Positions 24,897 through 35,752 are shown, counted from the stretch's first letter. The stretch: DNA of 49,755 bases from a virus (IMGVR_UViG_3300033487_000008:1-49755); one strand, 5' to 3'. The notes: generated from the sequence alone by a model not told the origin. Program-made: numbers and translations.

Positions 24897-25142
24897 TTAT
24901 AGCACCTGGTGGTCTGAAATCAACTTGATAAGACCGCCTACGATAGCAAGCAAAACGGCACCCCCCACCATGTTAAGACCGATAGCGTAAGGCCTGAAGG
25001 TTTCCATTTTAACATAGGTATTAGGAAGACAATCAAGGGTTTTTAATATCTCGTCCAGCTTTGTTTCCAATGTGTCAAATCTTTCGTAAAGTATTGCCAT
25101 TTGTTTGTCTAGGAAGTTTATGCTTACCTCTTCGCTTGACAT
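24897..25142 (-). CDS. Coiled-coil + C-terminal TM protein (lysis accessory/holin-like; start MSSEE)
   Basis: Hydrophobic C-terminus; SD AAGGGG. Confidence 0.65.
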   Translation of the reverse strand: MSSEEVSINFLDKQMAILYERFDTLETKLDEILKTLDCLPNTYVKMETFRPYAIGLNMVGGAVLLAIVGGLIKLISDHQVL

Positions 25143-25293
25143 ACTTTCCCCCTTTCTTCGCATAGTAGGCATAAATTTCCTTTAATGCACCCTCCAAGTA
25201 AGCAACCTTGTTACTATAATCAATAGCTGCTCTTTTAAGGAGGATGATTTCGTATTTAATGTCTTCAACTTGTTTTTTAACCTCTTCATACAC
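25075..25293 (-). CDS. Hypothetical protein
   Basis: ORF; GATAAT 6 nt before GTG. Confidence 0.5.
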   Translation of the reverse strand: MYEEVKKQVEDIKYEIILLKRAAIDYSNKVAYLEGALKEIYAYYAKKGGKYVKRRGKHKLPRQTNGNTLRKI

Positions 25294-25389
25294 ATATATA
25301 TTATCCTCTAAAAATTACTATGAAACAACCCGTGAGTGCCAACCTGCGTTAGCTTCCTCACGGGTCTTTGCCCCAAGGCCTACGGCCTA

Positions 25390-26241
25390 TTAGAAATCGT
25401 TCATCTTTCTGACGTAGTACGGAATCCACTCGTAAGAGATAGCTGACAGACCGCCTTGGTCAGTCTGAATCTCCACGATAAGACCCGCTACCCACGGCAT
25501 AAGACCACGTGTAGCCATGTAGGGCGTTTGGCTTTGGAAACACGACATCTGGACCGCCTCAATGTTGCGGTATCCGGGTGTGATGTTCGGGATGTGGTAG
25601 TGGCCGAGGAACAGCATGTTGGGCTTGTTCTCAGGCGATAGCTGTTCGCAGACCTTTTGGATCTTGTAGCTTCTGGCGTAGGCGACACCCCCGACACCGT
25701 GCATCAGAGCCAACCTGATGTTTTCTACGTCCACGAAAGCCAGAAAGTCACCCAAATAGGTCATGTCGTCCCGTTGCCTGCAGACCGCAGATACGACGTT
25801 GTAGCCGCTTGTTGCAAGGAACGAACAGTCGTGATTTCCCGAGATGACGTGGGTGTGAATCCCGCTTACCCTGGGATAATGCTCCGTAGCGTAGTCGGTC
25901 TGGGCATCGGCTCCGTGAATGAACAGCTCGTACTCGTGACCTCTGTAAATCTTTTCCCCGTCAACGAGGTCACCACAGTGAAAGATTGTCTCAATCTTCC
26001 TGCGCTTGCAGAGGCGGTAGAAGTCCCACAGGGCAGTGAGCTGCTGGTAGCGGCTGCAAATGTGCGTGTCAGATACAACTCCGAACCGAAACTTGCCTCC
26101 ACGCCACCTGGTCAGATCTCCTTTGAATATCTGGCCTGATTTGGTGAGTGGAACCTTTGCGATGTAGTAGCCACGTCCCTGCACCTCTTTGAGCAGTTCC
26201 GAAAGCTCCGCATCAGCTAGAGTGAGCTCCTTTGGCTTCAC
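25390..26241 (-). CDS. Calcineurin-like metallophosphoesterase
   Basis: SDTH, GDLVDG, GNHD, MHG, GHYH. Confidence 0.92.
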   Translation of the reverse strand: MKPKELTLADAELSELLKEVQGRGYYIAKVPLTKSGQIFKGDLTRWRGGKFRFGVVSDTHICSRYQQLTALWDFYRLCKRRKIETIFHCGDLVDGEKIYRGHEYELFIHGADAQTDYATEHYPRVSGIHTHVISGNHDCSFLATSGYNVVSAVCRQRDDMTYLGDFLAFVDVENIRLALMHGVGGVAYARSYKIQKVCEQLSPENKPNMLFLGHYHIPNITPGYRNIEAVQMSCFQSQTPYMATRGLMPWVAGLIVEIQTDQGGLSAISYEWIPYYVRKMNDF

Positions 26242-26428
26242 GTTTGTGCCCGCCTTTCATTCGGCTCACCTCAGTGAGTATGGACCCGTCCATTCCGAGA
26301 TCTTTCATATTCTCCTCGAGCATGGAAAGAACAGAGTCCACATCGTGTCCCTCATTCTGTAGGGACCTCATGGCACGCATAAAGTCCCAGCATGCCTGCC
26401 GCACGTGAGTTCTCGTCACTTCGTTCAT
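26213..26428 (-). CDS. Hypothetical protein
   Basis: SD AGGAGG; TTGACA promoter-like site at 26471-26476. Confidence 0.7.
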   Translation of the reverse strand: MNEVTRTHVRQACWDFMRAMRSLQNEGHDVDSVLSMLEENMKDLGMDGSILTEVSRMKGGHKREAKGAHSS

Positions 26429-26491
26429 TTTGCCCTCCTAGGCACAAAAAAATACTACCAACTATTCAATTGTCAAGGTAAACCACACACT

Positions 26492-29455
26492 TTATTTCTT
26501 AGGCTCATACATACGGGTAAATTCCTTTACCGCACCTTTCTTTTTAAGGAACTCTCCCAGCTTTTCCAGCTGGTCTTTGGTTGCGTAGTATTCCATCTCT
26601 TTGGGGTCAAAGTCCGTACCCTTAACGCCAAGAAAAGCATATAGGGATTTAATGACATCGGTAGTCTTCGGGTCTGCCAGTTTATCGGCTGTGAACACGT
26701 ACCTTCCGAGTGCTGTAGTAAGGAAGTGGTATTTGTATGGGTCTATCTCTGCTACCGTCTGGCCTTTAGCCCCCTTCCTTTCGGTGTATCCGTAGAAATC
26801 TTTAATAGGTTTGGGCATGTGCTTAAACCAGGACGGGGCTTTCTTATAATCCTCAATCGGCTGGTCGAAGAAAAAGTTCTTGCCTGTGTACTTTTCTATC
26901 GGGTACTTAACCATTGGTGCTGTTGAGGACATCAGACCTTTAAGATTAAGCCTGTTTATATCTTCAATCGGAAGATTGGCTCCATAGAATATCTGCTCCC
27001 CAAGTTTTACCGGGAAACTTTCTTTCATATACTGGGGCATGTTAGCCCTTTCCTCGGGGGTTACATTGGAGATGTCTCTTGCTGCCTTGCCTACAGCTGA
27101 TATCTTGCCTGGTTGCTTGACTGAAGCTTCCAGCATAAGTGGAATGTTATTCCTTGACCATGTATAAAAAGGAATCAGTCTTCTCATTACATTTCTTTCA
27201 AAAGGAGTGAAAGCCTCAGGCATGTAGTCAAACTGGTATTTAAATATCTTTTTCACAGCATCGTCTATCGTTCCGCCCTTCCGCAGTACATCCAGCGCAA
27301 GGGAACCTCTGTTTATAGTTTCAATCTGGTTCATTACTTTCATGGAACCACCGCTCAACGCACCTTTCAACCTGCCTCCACGCTGGGCAGCACGCTGTGT
27401 AGCTCTAGTTACTTCACCGAATACATCTACGTACCCACCGGCATTGATAGCCCCACGCTTACTTAAAGTATCCACCAGATATTTGTATGTCCCGGAGAAA
27501 TTCTTGGTCTTTAATACATCCTCAGATCCCCCGCCAAGAAGTTTTCTGGCTTCAACGTACCTTTCAGGATTGTTTACTCCGGCCAGCCAGTTGTTAAAGA
27601 TACCTCCCTTAAAGTTATTCAGGTGGAATGAGGGAAACAGTGCCGTAACAGAGCCTTTAAACTTGGTAAGAACCTTGTCATACAATTTTAAAACGGCTGC
27701 GGTAGCATCATCATTTACAAATACTTTGTTTATTTCCTGAAGGTCTCTGACCATGCCCTCCGGCACCCACGACTTGCTATCTTTAGACAGCTTTATTATC
27801 TCTCCGCCCACCTCTGTCGGAAGATTGGCTGTCATGGGAACGTACCTTACGCCATCTATCACGTTTACTCTGTCAGAGAAAAACCCAGGGCCTACAGTTT
27901 CTTTCATAAGATCGTCAGGCAGTCCAAACCTGTCTGCTACTGTGTCCCTCAATTGTTTAGCGGTTAGTGCCTTGTTTCCTGCTTTCATTCTGGTTCCAAA
28001 GGCTTTGAAAGCATCTTCTTCAAATAGGTTAAAGGGTTCCATTCCCTTTTGGGTAAGCCATGCCCTAAACTCTTTGTTTGATTCAGCCATGGTCTTTTCC
28101 ATCTTTCTGCCTTTAGCAAAGCCCGGATTACTATTCAGACCGGGTACGTTATATCCTGTCTTTCCTAGAAACTCCCTGGCTTTGTCTGTAAGAGTGCGGG
28201 GTAGGTAGTTAGACCTTTGCCCAACTTCTATCCCTCTTGCTGTTTCCTTTGCTAACTGGTCTGCCAACGTACCTTGCATAAACGCTTTCGCTTTAGTGGC
28301 CTCGGGACCTAAGGATGTATTTTTAGAGAGAAATAATCTCTTATTTAGTTCTTTAATAGTTAAACCTTCTCCGCTTAATTTGCCTAGCGGGGTAACTGCC
28401 TCCTCCGCAATTTCTCCTTCATGAACTAGAGAACCTCCGTCGACAGAGGGTCTTACCTTAACCTTGGAAGGGTCTACTGCATAAAGATAGCCATCTGTGT
28501 TTAGCTGTGGTTGGCCCTTCTGTAACCAAACAACAGGTTTCGTTTCTTTTCCATAAGGTCTCGCTTTTAATTTTCCTACCTGTTCGGTTGGAGAAACATG
28601 GAAAAGAATGTTGTCTGAAGGAAGTGTTCCAGTTATATCTCTTTCCTCTAAAGCCTTTCTCCAGAAATCGTCTACATTGCTCGGCTCCTCTATAGCCTCC
28701 CCTATCGCTTTTCCTACCCCTTTCCCCTCTTTCTTCACCGTACCTGTAACAAGTTTATTTAGCATCTCCCCCATCTGGCCTTCAGTGTACCGCCCCTCCT
28801 TAAGTAGTTCGTTTCTTAGTTTTAAGTATGCCTCTGCTTCTTTCTTGGAGGTTCCACCCTTCATGACACGACGTGTCTTGCTAAACAGTCCGGCCAGCTC
28901 ATCTGCCGATTTACCCAATCCCTCTGCTACGGGACCGACTACAGGAAGTTTAGTGGCAACCTTTCCTACCTTAGCTCCTGCTTTTCCTAGGACTTTCTTA
29001 GCTCCCTTAGCAAGAAACCCTCCGAAATATGTGGTAGGATCAAGCAAAACATCCCCTGCAAACCCAGCTACCTTGGATCCGATACCCTCTTTCATGCCCA
29101 ACCTTTCTGTTAAGACATCCTCGTAGGTTTTCTTTTCTCCGTATCCTTGTAGTGTTAAACCCTCAGCTGTAGCTTTACCCTGTGCCTGTGCTGCTTTACC
29201 TACATCCCCTGAACCTAGGTACTCGTATACTGCGGGTGCCGTCTCTGCAGCACTTAAAAACCCGAACACTTTGTCCAATAGGGAAATCTTTTCTTTTGTT
29301 GAGGGAACGTTTAATCCTTTTTTCTTGGCTATATCAGAGAGTTTTTTTAACTCGGCCTTGTTAGATTTTATTCCTATATCGTAGTTCCATGCGGCCTCGC
29401 TTGTTTTACTTGTCTTGTATCTTCCGGCCATTTCATTTAATCTTTCCTTTTCCAA
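26492..29455 (-). CDS. Large internal virion/ejection (polyvalent-type) protein with a putative ART-like insert
   Basis: 987 aa; DVLLDPTTY, FHLNNF.G, RRLIPFYTW; follows two other ejection-like genes. Confidence 0.7.
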   Translation of the reverse strand: MEKERLNEMAGRYKTSKTSEAAWNYDIGIKSNKAELKKLSDIAKKKGLNVPSTKEKISLLDKVFGFLSAAETAPAVYEYLGSGDVGKAAQAQGKATAEGLTLQGYGEKKTYEDVLTERLGMKEGIGSKVAGFAGDVLLDPTTYFGGFLAKGAKKVLGKAGAKVGKVATKLPVVGPVAEGLGKSADELAGLFSKTRRVMKGGTSKKEAEAYLKLRNELLKEGRYTEGQMGEMLNKLVTGTVKKEGKGVGKAIGEAIEEPSNVDDFWRKALEERDITGTLPSDNILFHVSPTEQVGKLKARPYGKETKPVVWLQKGQPQLNTDGYLYAVDPSKVKVRPSVDGGSLVHEGEIAEEAVTPLGKLSGEGLTIKELNKRLFLSKNTSLGPEATKAKAFMQGTLADQLAKETARGIEVGQRSNYLPRTLTDKAREFLGKTGYNVPGLNSNPGFAKGRKMEKTMAESNKEFRAWLTQKGMEPFNLFEEDAFKAFGTRMKAGNKALTAKQLRDTVADRFGLPDDLMKETVGPGFFSDRVNVIDGVRYVPMTANLPTEVGGEIIKLSKDSKSWVPEGMVRDLQEINKVFVNDDATAAVLKLYDKVLTKFKGSVTALFPSFHLNNFKGGIFNNWLAGVNNPERYVEARKLLGGGSEDVLKTKNFSGTYKYLVDTLSKRGAINAGGYVDVFGEVTRATQRAAQRGGRLKGALSGGSMKVMNQIETINRGSLALDVLRKGGTIDDAVKKIFKYQFDYMPEAFTPFERNVMRRLIPFYTWSRNNIPLMLEASVKQPGKISAVGKAARDISNVTPEERANMPQYMKESFPVKLGEQIFYGANLPIEDINRLNLKGLMSSTAPMVKYPIEKYTGKNFFFDQPIEDYKKAPSWFKHMPKPIKDFYGYTERKGAKGQTVAEIDPYKYHFLTTALGRYVFTADKLADPKTTDVIKSLYAFLGVKGTDFDPKEMEYYATKDQLEKLGEFLKKKGAVKEFTRMYEPKK

Positions 29456-30284
29456 ACAAGTTATACAAAGGAGCTAAGATCCTATCCATTCCGCTACTGT
29501 AGGCTGTTGCCAGCCCTCCCTGCCCCATGTTTTTAAATGGCTCCCATATATTTTTACCTTGCATAATCTGCTGTTGCGGAGGTTCGTATCCAGGTCCTGC
29601 CATAACCCGTATCTCTGTGCCGGACAGTTCCGGGTACAGTTCCATGAGTTTTTGTATGACTGCCTCCTTCTCTGTGATACCATCTGCCGCTAGGTTGGCT
29701 ATGTCTGTTTTAATATCTACAGCGGTAGCAGCAGCAGTGCCTTTGCCTCCGCCCCCTCCTCCACCAGCTCCACCACCTCCGCCTTTTCCTGCTTGGCTGG
29801 CAGCAAACTTCTTCTCCTCCATCATCCTGTCCCACTCTCCCTGTACTGATGCTGCTCTTGCCATCTCCTCCTCTGCCTTAGCGTATAGGGCTTGTGCTCT
29901 TGCCTTGAGTTGGTTGGCACCCGCCTGAATTACTTCGTCTATAGTACCTTGATTCTGTGCTTCCTGAGTTGCTACAGTGCCGAGGGTGCGAAGGTTCTGG
30001 GCTCTGGCACCTGAGGTTAAAGCGTTTACTGAAAAGGGGTCTACCATTCCAGAGGTAGCGGCACGAATCTGGTTTGGGTCTGTTACCATCTGTCCCATTA
30101 CATTTCCTACGTCAGTCGCCAGCTTTGACACCCCCCGTGTAGCTCTGTCTGCACGCACGGCTTCCATTACCTTGTCTCCGAGGGTAAACGCAGCCGACTC
30201 AAGCCCCGAGCCTTCCTTTTTGCTGGCTATTGCAGCCTCTTGGTATTCTTTAATTTTTGAATAATCTTGACTAGTCGCAGGCAT
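29433..30284 (-). CDS. Internal virion/ejection protein with Gly-rich linker
   Basis: Ala/Gln-rich helical; GGGGGAGGGGGGG. Confidence 0.6.
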   Translation of the reverse strand: MPATSQDYSKIKEYQEAAIASKKEGSGLESAAFTLGDKVMEAVRADRATRGVSKLATDVGNVMGQMVTDPNQIRAATSGMVDPFSVNALTSGARAQNLRTLGTVATQEAQNQGTIDEVIQAGANQLKARAQALYAKAEEEMARAASVQGEWDRMMEEKKFAASQAGKGGGGGAGGGGGGGKGTAAATAVDIKTDIANLAADGITEKEAVIQKLMELYPELSGTEIRVMAGPGYEPPQQQIMQGKNIWEPFKNMGQGGLATAYSSGMDRILAPLYNLFGKGKIK

Positions 30285-30285
30285 T

Positions 30286-31314
30286 TCAATATCCTCTCAA
30301 TGAGGACAAAGAAGCAGCCTTTTTGGCTCTCTCTGCCTCAATTTTTCTAATTTGTGCTCCGTATTCTGCTTCACGCCTTGCCAGTTCATCCGCTTGCAGT
30401 TCCTGTCCTGTGGCTTGTTGAGCCCTTATCCTCTCTGATTCTAAATCGGTGAGGGTGGTCTGGTCTGTTATGGGACTAATTCCCCTCTCTGTCCGCTGCC
30501 TTGCCAGTTCCTCTGGAGACTTCAAACCCTCGTATCCTGTTATTCCAAGAGTTCCGAAAGCCTGTTTCTTGGTGGCTTCAGCTTCCTCGGGACTTCCTAT
30601 ACGCCTTATTCTCTCATCTTCTGCAGCTTTTCTTGCAAGCTGAACCTGTTCAAGGTTGTATTTCTTGGTCGTTTCAAGTCCTGTGATTTCTGTTTGAGCC
30701 CGACGTTCAATCTCCTGTTCTTCCAAAGTCTTAAGTTGCTGTTGCTCCATTATCTTCTTCTTTCCTATGCCTGAGGTAAGGATTCCTGTCTGTATCTGGT
30801 TGGCTTCAAGGTTTTCAAGCCGCATCTGGTAGTCTAGTTTCTTTTCCTCCAGAGTCTCTGCTTTCGTTGTCGTGACATCAGCTAATTTGTTAAGAAAATC
30901 CTCTTGGGTCTCCGCAGTGCTTAAATCGTACTTTTGCAGGACTGCTTTCGTTTCCTCCTCAACTGTGCGGATTTCTGTAAGGATATCTTCTGCCGTTCTT
31001 ACCTTGCCCTCTTTTATCCCAGCCTCTATCTCTTTCTTTTTTCTTTCGTAGTAGGGAGTTACTTCCTCAAGTGCTTTATCTAGGAAGGCCTGTTTCTCCT
31101 CATCAGTCAGTGAAAGATACGGGGTCAGTTCATCTATCTGACGGTCCAGTGCTACCATCTCATTTTGAATTGACTTTATTAGCGGATAAGAATACCCGCC
31201 CATAGCATAGAAGTAGGGCTCTGTGTCTTTGTAACCCGCAGCCTTCGCTCTTTTTTTAAGTTCGTCTCCTGATATTCCCCAACTTGCAGCTGCCTTTGAT
31301 TTACTGTATGCCAT
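30286..31314 (-). CDS. Internal virion/ejection protein (coiled coil)
   Basis: E/K/Q-rich; GILTSGIG motif. Confidence 0.6.
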   Translation of the reverse strand: MAYSKSKAAASWGISGDELKKRAKAAGYKDTEPYFYAMGGYSYPLIKSIQNEMVALDRQIDELTPYLSLTDEEKQAFLDKALEEVTPYYERKKKEIEAGIKEGKVRTAEDILTEIRTVEEETKAVLQKYDLSTAETQEDFLNKLADVTTTKAETLEEKKLDYQMRLENLEANQIQTGILTSGIGKKKIMEQQQLKTLEEQEIERRAQTEITGLETTKKYNLEQVQLARKAAEDERIRRIGSPEEAEATKKQAFGTLGITGYEGLKSPEELARQRTERGISPITDQTTLTDLESERIRAQQATGQELQADELARREAEYGAQIRKIEAERAKKAASLSSLRGY

Positions 31315-31337
31315 ATATGTTAATTATACTTGTTTTT

Positions 31338-32069
31338 TTAAGCAGATGAAACCTCCTCCCATGCTGCTGCTCCTCCAATATACATCTTATGTTCTGTAGT
31401 GTTGTAGTATATCCCTCCCTCAACATAGTCCGGGGCTGCTGCCGTAGTAGCTTGAAAGGGAATTAGCACTCCCTGACTGTTAATGCTAACTTTTATGCGG
31501 CTCTTGCTGTCATGCCCCTGAGTGTAGAAGTAAATTCCATACTCTCCGGCTGTTCCAAGAAAGAGGTCGCACCCTACATCCACGTAACCCCCACTTGCTG
31601 ATTGAACCCCGTACTCTGCGTTATCCCACCCGCTGGAGTTAACTCCTATATCTAAGTACCCATCCCCTCCTGCTAGGGGTTCATCGTAGTTTTCTGTTGT
31701 GGTCTGGTCGTTTAGAAAAATAAAGTCTGTGGAAGCAGACGTTCCGCTGCTAATGTTTTGCATGTTGACAGCAAAGTAATCATCCGTGTCCTTAGTAAGA
31801 TACAAAGATACCTGAGGGTCATTGTTTGTGGGAGGTATGTTATCGCCTATCTCCACCCATCCGTAGGTCGTGTCTATTACAAATACTTGAGTACCGTCTG
31901 CTTTAAATACTTTAACTACATCTCCGGCATCAGCACCCGATCCTACCCTTAGTGTCCTTGCTGTTACCTCATTAAATTGTGTCCGCTGTGATTGAAAAGT
32001 GGTAGCATCCCCCACAGGTAACATTCTTATCCCATACTCATCAAAGCCAAAGTCTTTAAATGTAGGCAC
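31338..32069 (-). CDS. Tail fibre/needle-like protein
   Basis: Beta-rich; C-terminal EGGIYYNTT..KMY..W. Confidence 0.6.
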   Translation of the reverse strand: MPTFKDFGFDEYGIRMLPVGDATTFQSQRTQFNEVTARTLRVGSGADAGDVVKVFKADGTQVFVIDTTYGWVEIGDNIPPTNNDPQVSLYLTKDTDDYFAVNMQNISSGTSASTDFIFLNDQTTTENYDEPLAGGDGYLDIGVNSSGWDNAEYGVQSASGGYVDVGCDLFLGTAGEYGIYFYTQGHDSKSRIKVSINSQGVLIPFQATTAAAPDYVEGGIYYNTTEHKMYIGGAAAWEEVSSA

Positions 32070-33475
32070 TACTGTACTCCTTCCCTGTTCTCAGCAAACT
32101 TTGAGAGGTATCCTATGCTAAGGGAGTGCAGTTCGAACAGGTTATTCTTGGATGTTTCTGTAAGCAAAAACTTAATTCTTTTTCCTGACGCAGAGAACCT
32201 TATTATATCCGTAAACCCGTTCACTTCCCCCACTGGTATCCAGTCGTAGTCATCCACACGGTACAAGACTTTAAGTCCTGACAGGTCGTTGCCATGCACC
32301 CAAAGCTCCCTCCAGTCGTCTACTGTCGTAGCCCCCGAGCCATAGTACCATGGGGTTTCAACGTAAGAGCCGAAGGCCGCTGTGTTTTGTGCCAGAGAAG
32401 AGAAGAGTTCAAACACCTCTCCGTCATCGTTTCCAAAGAACAACTCTTTGCCCGAGGTTCCTATGAAAGTGTGCATGTTAAGTACGTTTTCTCCAAGCGA
32501 TAGCTTTGTCCAGCTGTTTTGCAAGATATTGTAATCTAGAATCACGTTAGTAAGGCTTCTTCCTTCCAGAGTTATGTCTCCGATGTAAACGTACAGGTGA
32601 TCGCCTAACACTTTAGATTTGATTGAGCTTAGGTTTGCGCTTGGTATCACATCCCAGTAGTCCTGAACGGCAAGCGAACACTTAGTGTCCTGACCTCCGT
32701 CGTACACGTACATCCCATCCCTTGAAGGAAAGAAAGTCCACGTTCCGTAGTCATCGATACCCTCATGAGATACACACCCGTGCCTTGATATCTGATATCT
32801 CTGGTCTGAAAGCGTGTGAATCCAGCAGGAGTTCTGACAACCTACGAACATATTCTCTCCGTTTCTTCCTACCCCTGATATCTCGTCATCAAAGAATATC
32901 CAATCGTTTGTAGTGTCCCATGTAATCGGGCTGGTAGACACCACCGAAGACCTGTAAGCTCTGCTTATGTAGGTAACATCATCCACAACACAGTTAAGAA
33001 GATAGATTCTTTCTCCGAAGGCTATGACGTACTTCGCTTTGGGGGCGCTGGTTACGTTGGTAGTAGTAGACCACGTAGTCCCGTCATAAGAGCGGGTAGC
33101 GTCAGCGTAGTTACAGGCAAAAGCTACATCCAGTGCAGGCGAGTGTGTGAACCTTACAGGATAGGTTGCGGTAAGCGCTTGGGATTGAGCTGTCCAAGTA
33201 CCCGCTACATCTATGTATATGTCTGCAGTAGCAGCACCATCCACGGCTATAAGATGTTTGTGAGTTCCGTCTGCTCTTTGGAAATCGTACCCTCCCAGTA
33301 TGTCCTGTGATGTCGTGACCTGAGCATTTTTTATCTCGTAATCCCCGGTCTTTTTTAAGACACCTATTTTAGATGTAGTGAAATTGTTGACTTCTAAAAG
33401 CTCCCCCTCAGTATGAAGGAAGGGGGATATGTTTCTATTTATTCCTCCTACCAAGAATATATCTTTGTATTCCAT
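32069..33475 (-). CDS. Tail nozzle / packaged-DNA stabilisation (gp10/tubular B-like) protein
   Basis: GGIN start; beta-propeller-like repeats; position. Confidence 0.7.
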   Translation of the reverse strand: MEYKDIFLVGGINRNISPFLHTEGELLEVNNFTTSKIGVLKKTGDYEIKNAQVTTSQDILGGYDFQRADGTHKHLIAVDGAATADIYIDVAGTWTAQSQALTATYPVRFTHSPALDVAFACNYADATRSYDGTTWSTTTNVTSAPKAKYVIAFGERIYLLNCVVDDVTYISRAYRSSVVSTSPITWDTTNDWIFFDDEISGVGRNGENMFVGCQNSCWIHTLSDQRYQISRHGCVSHEGIDDYGTWTFFPSRDGMYVYDGGQDTKCSLAVQDYWDVIPSANLSSIKSKVLGDHLYVYIGDITLEGRSLTNVILDYNILQNSWTKLSLGENVLNMHTFIGTSGKELFFGNDDGEVFELFSSLAQNTAAFGSYVETPWYYGSGATTVDDWRELWVHGNDLSGLKVLYRVDDYDWIPVGEVNGFTDIIRFSASGKRIKFLLTETSKNNLFELHSLSIGYLSKFAENREGVQ

Positions 33476-33478
33476 GTT

Positions 33479-34609
33479 TTAATCCCATTCATATAAATCA
33501 CTGCCGGACTTGACCTCTGTATACGGCTTTGAAATTTGCTGCCTTTGCTGGGCTACAAACTCTTCGTACTCAGCCAAACCTTCCTTGAATAAAGTTTTAT
33601 AAGAGTTGGCCTTGTCCTGATCTTTAGCAAGCCACGCCCTGTAAAGAGCATAGGATATAAGAACATCCCGTGCGCCATAGGGCAACCCGTGTTCGTCGTT
33701 GTCCTCTGTCATGGATGTAGGGTATGCCCAGTACCACATAAAAGCGTAACCTGAAGAAGATGTCGGTGTGGGTCTTAGTATAAAATTACTTCCCCTTATG
33801 GCTATGTAGGGGGTGGTTTCATAGTAGTTGGTGTCGGGGTCTCCGAACGCCTCGTTTATAAATGTAGCCTTGTAGGCATCAGTAGCTGTACTGCTACTGT
33901 AGTTCACGTCTACCCTGATAAACCCCATGAATCCTGTGGGCAGGGCGTAATCATAGTCGCTTGCTGTTAGTGCCTGTGTAGTGTAGGTTCTAAAATACTC
34001 AGGGTAGAACTTGATAAGCTCTGTCGTAATCTTTCGCACCCCCCCTCTTAGATAGTTGCAGACTTGGTCTCTTGTTAAGTCCTTGCCTGTGGGGTCTCCG
34101 AAATCTTCCATTACCTCATCAGCCATAGACCTAAGAGAATCCTCAGTATATCCCGTACCCTGAACAGGAACGGAGAAGGAAGACAGCCCCCCAGTTCCGG
34201 CATTGTAGTACTTTATCTTGTACCAGGTAGATGAGGTTCCCGTGGTGTCGTTGTATACCGTTTCATCCTGGTCTAGTGTCAGGTCAACGGTAGATAAAAG
34301 AGTGTACGTTCCAGTCTCTGACGTAGCGGAATAAATCTTAGCCTGGTTGTATTTTATCTGCGCTACCGGGGTTCTTGCGGAGTGTGCAAACACAGGACCT
34401 GTGGAGTGACTAAGAGTAACGTTTGCTGTTACGCCTGTAAGAAGAACAATCTCTGTCAGCTCTTCCCCGGGCTTTCCAAACACAACGTAATCACTTGTAG
34501 CAAAACCTTTTGTGTTTTCTACTGTGGAAGAGGTTGCAGAGGCTGCTACATCAGCGGATAGTCTGGTCTCCTGATCCTCTAACTCGGGGTGGTTAATGTA
34601 AATCTGCAT
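33479..34609 (-). CDS. Head-tail adaptor (tubular protein A-like) with N-terminal beta domain
   Basis: YALP..F, LRPTP, LISYALYRA; TATAAT 6 nt before ATG. Confidence 0.7.
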   Translation of the reverse strand: MQIYINHPELEDQETRLSADVAASATSSTVENTKGFATSDYVVFGKPGEELTEIVLLTGVTANVTLSHSTGPVFAHSARTPVAQIKYNQAKIYSATSETGTYTLLSTVDLTLDQDETVYNDTTGTSSTWYKIKYYNAGTGGLSSFSVPVQGTGYTEDSLRSMADEVMEDFGDPTGKDLTRDQVCNYLRGGVRKITTELIKFYPEYFRTYTTQALTASDYDYALPTGFMGFIRVDVNYSSSTATDAYKATFINEAFGDPDTNYYETTPYIAIRGSNFILRPTPTSSSGYAFMWYWAYPTSMTEDNDEHGLPYGARDVLISYALYRAWLAKDQDKANSYKTLFKEGLAEYEEFVAQQRQQISKPYTEVKSGSDLYEWD

Positions 34610-34621
34610 AGGATAATTATA

Positions 34622-35752
34622 TCACCTGCTTTCCATGTAAGACACTTTAATTTTAGGTGGGTTGTCCTTTACCTTTGATATAGCCCTTCCTAAAATAGGT
34701 GGGCTGGGCGAGGGAGACTCTGATGGGCTTACTGATTCTGACGGGCTGTAGCTTGCACTATAGCTTGGAGAAAGGCTTGCGCTTGGGCTTACTGACGGGC
34801 TGGCGGAAGGTGAGGCTGAGGCTGATGGAGACACACTGGGACTGGCAGAAGGAGATATCGAGGGACTGGCTGAGGGCGACACAGATGCCGACGGAGAGAC
34901 AGATGCTGAAGGAGAAACGCTGGGGGATACCGACGGAGAGGCAGAAGGACTTGCAGAGGGAGAAGCGCTTGGGCTTGCAGAAACACTGGCAGACACCCCA
35001 GCTGATGGGCTGGTTGAAGGACTAGCACTTGGACTCACCGATGGCGATGTAGAAGGACTTGCGCTGACGGAGGGGGATATGGATGCTGAAGGGGACACTG
35101 ACGGGCTAGTGCTGGCTCCTACGCTGTCTACCTCTATTGCTATAATCCCCATAGGTCCTGTGCCCGACACTCTTGAAGCATCTACAGTGGTATCGTTAGT
35201 AGATTTGAACTCAAACATTCCATTGACCTCTGAGTACAGCCCCGTCTCACCGACCTCGACAAACCCAGCCCCAGGGTTCATCATTATACTGCCACTGCTT
35301 TCGTTACCTGCCCAGCCTATCGTTGCGTTACTAGTACTAGCAAACGCATTCAGTGTAGCTGTTACTACAGAGGGGTTTCCTGAAATCGTGGAGCTCTTTG
35401 CACTCTGTACCTTCGGGGTTGCGGTGTCTGTTCCTGTAAGCTCTACCACTACCCACATACAACAGCCCTGAGTCTGGCCTGCAAACCCGATCGTTAGTGC
35501 TCCCGCTGTTGGAGAAGCGCCGACACCCCAATGTAGGGTCAGTTTGTATGCTCCGCCAAAAGCCTGAGAGTCTATCTTAGTCCAAGAGAGATTGCATCCT
35601 GTAACCGTGGAATCGTTTGGGGTAGTGGAATACCTGCTTAGAGTTCCTACCATTACTACTTTGTTCGCTGTGGGTGTGATGGAGGCTGTGTTGTAACTGG
35701 AGGCATCGCTGGCCGTGCCCCCCATTGCAAGCCGTGAATAAGTTATAGCCAT
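34622..35752 (-). CDS. Virion protein: beta domain + SPSX repeat tract + basic C-terminal tag
   Basis: Repeat tract at about 34700-35115. Confidence 0.8.
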   Translation of the reverse strand: MAITYSRLAMGGTASDASSYNTASITPTANKVVMVGTLSRYSTTPNDSTVTGCNLSWTKIDSQAFGGAYKLTLHWGVGASPTAGALTIGFAGQTQGCCMWVVVELTGTDTATPKVQSAKSSTISGNPSVVTATLNAFASTSNATIGWAGNESSGSIMMNPGAGFVEVGETGLYSEVNGMFEFKSTNDTTVDASRVSGTGPMGIIAIEVDSVGASTSPSVSPSASISPSVSASPSTSPSVSPSASPSTSPSAGVSASVSASPSASPSASPSASPSVSPSVSPSASVSPSASVSPSASPSISPSASPSVSPSASASPSASPSVSPSASLSPSYSASYSPSESVSPSESPSPSPPILGRAISKVKDNPPKIKVSYMESR

